From: Phoronis australis
Taxonomy: Eukaryota; Animalia; Phoronida
Reading direction: 5' to 3'
Assembly (NCBI GenBank): GCA_002633005.1
Contig: NMRA01000051.1
Span: 1,079,528 to 1,143,527, forward strand
Length of the DNA stretch: 64,000 bases
Shown here: positions 63,601 to 64,000 of the stretch, one piece after another
How the letters are laid out: each line of letters starts with the position of its first letter
How positions within the stretch are numbered: position 1 is the first letter of the stretch
Program-made: the position numbers and the translations under genes
Notes under the pieces: generated by a model
Database searches by the model: none
What the model saw: only the letters and a program-made list of their open reading frames with translations
What the model was told of the DNA's origin: nothing

Positions 63601-64000
63601 AATTGATGTTTTCGTCAGGGCGAGGCATACTTTGCCGAAAACCTTCCGGCCTATGAAGCGCCTATTAGTCGGTGGGCCAAATCTCATAGCGTTCACCCTT
63701 GTGAGTACTTTGGGGGGGGCAACCTAGTTTTTTCTATGTGGCTAGATAATAAAACTAAAAATCAAATTCCAAAAAGTTCCCACGTCTACACTTGCACATT
63801 TTTTTAAAAAAAGGTGTTTTTGTTGCACAAAATATGATGCATATTCCTGCCACTTGATGGCGCTTTTCTAGTGAATTGACCAATCAGAGAGCCAGATTGT
63901 ATTGTTGTGCTTAGTTACTTCAATATGGCTGCTCCAATGGAATGTGATGTCTGTATAATTCAAGGTTTATCAAACAGCACAAAATTGTGATGTCAGAGCC

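Overview
Eukaryotic (animal) genomic DNA, AT-rich, with spliceosomal introns and many repeats. The repeat families suggest a marine invertebrate, probably a lophotrochozoan such as a mollusc (inference). Intact-looking genes: an intronless YajO-like aldo-keto reductase (+), an intronless GT31 beta-1,3-galactosyltransferase (-) head-to-head with an 8-exon arsenite methyltransferase AS3MT (+; one probable GC-AG intron), and a PTCD3/mS39 gene (-; 19 coding exons found, first exon not located). A jacalin-like terminal exon lies at the left edge. Decayed genes: an LRR-Ig transmembrane receptor pseudogene, an orphan cytochrome P450 PERF exon and a partial GT31 duplicate. Mobile DNA: a full-length but disabled L1/Tx1 LINE whose empty target site exists elsewhere in the window, two HINE (Helentron-associated) families, tRNA-derived SINEs, MITEs and intronic satellites. 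The most interesting object is a 1.7-kb TTAA-flanked, long-TIR Kolobok-type element (39079-40773) carrying the 5' halves of two convergent genes: a THAP-transposase and a Cys-rich protein resembling the P2X7 C-terminal ballast/nanor domain. There are two assembly gaps; the duplication across the single-N gap at 53797 is probably a haplotype artefact. All family assignments come from motifs recognised by eye; no database searches were run.
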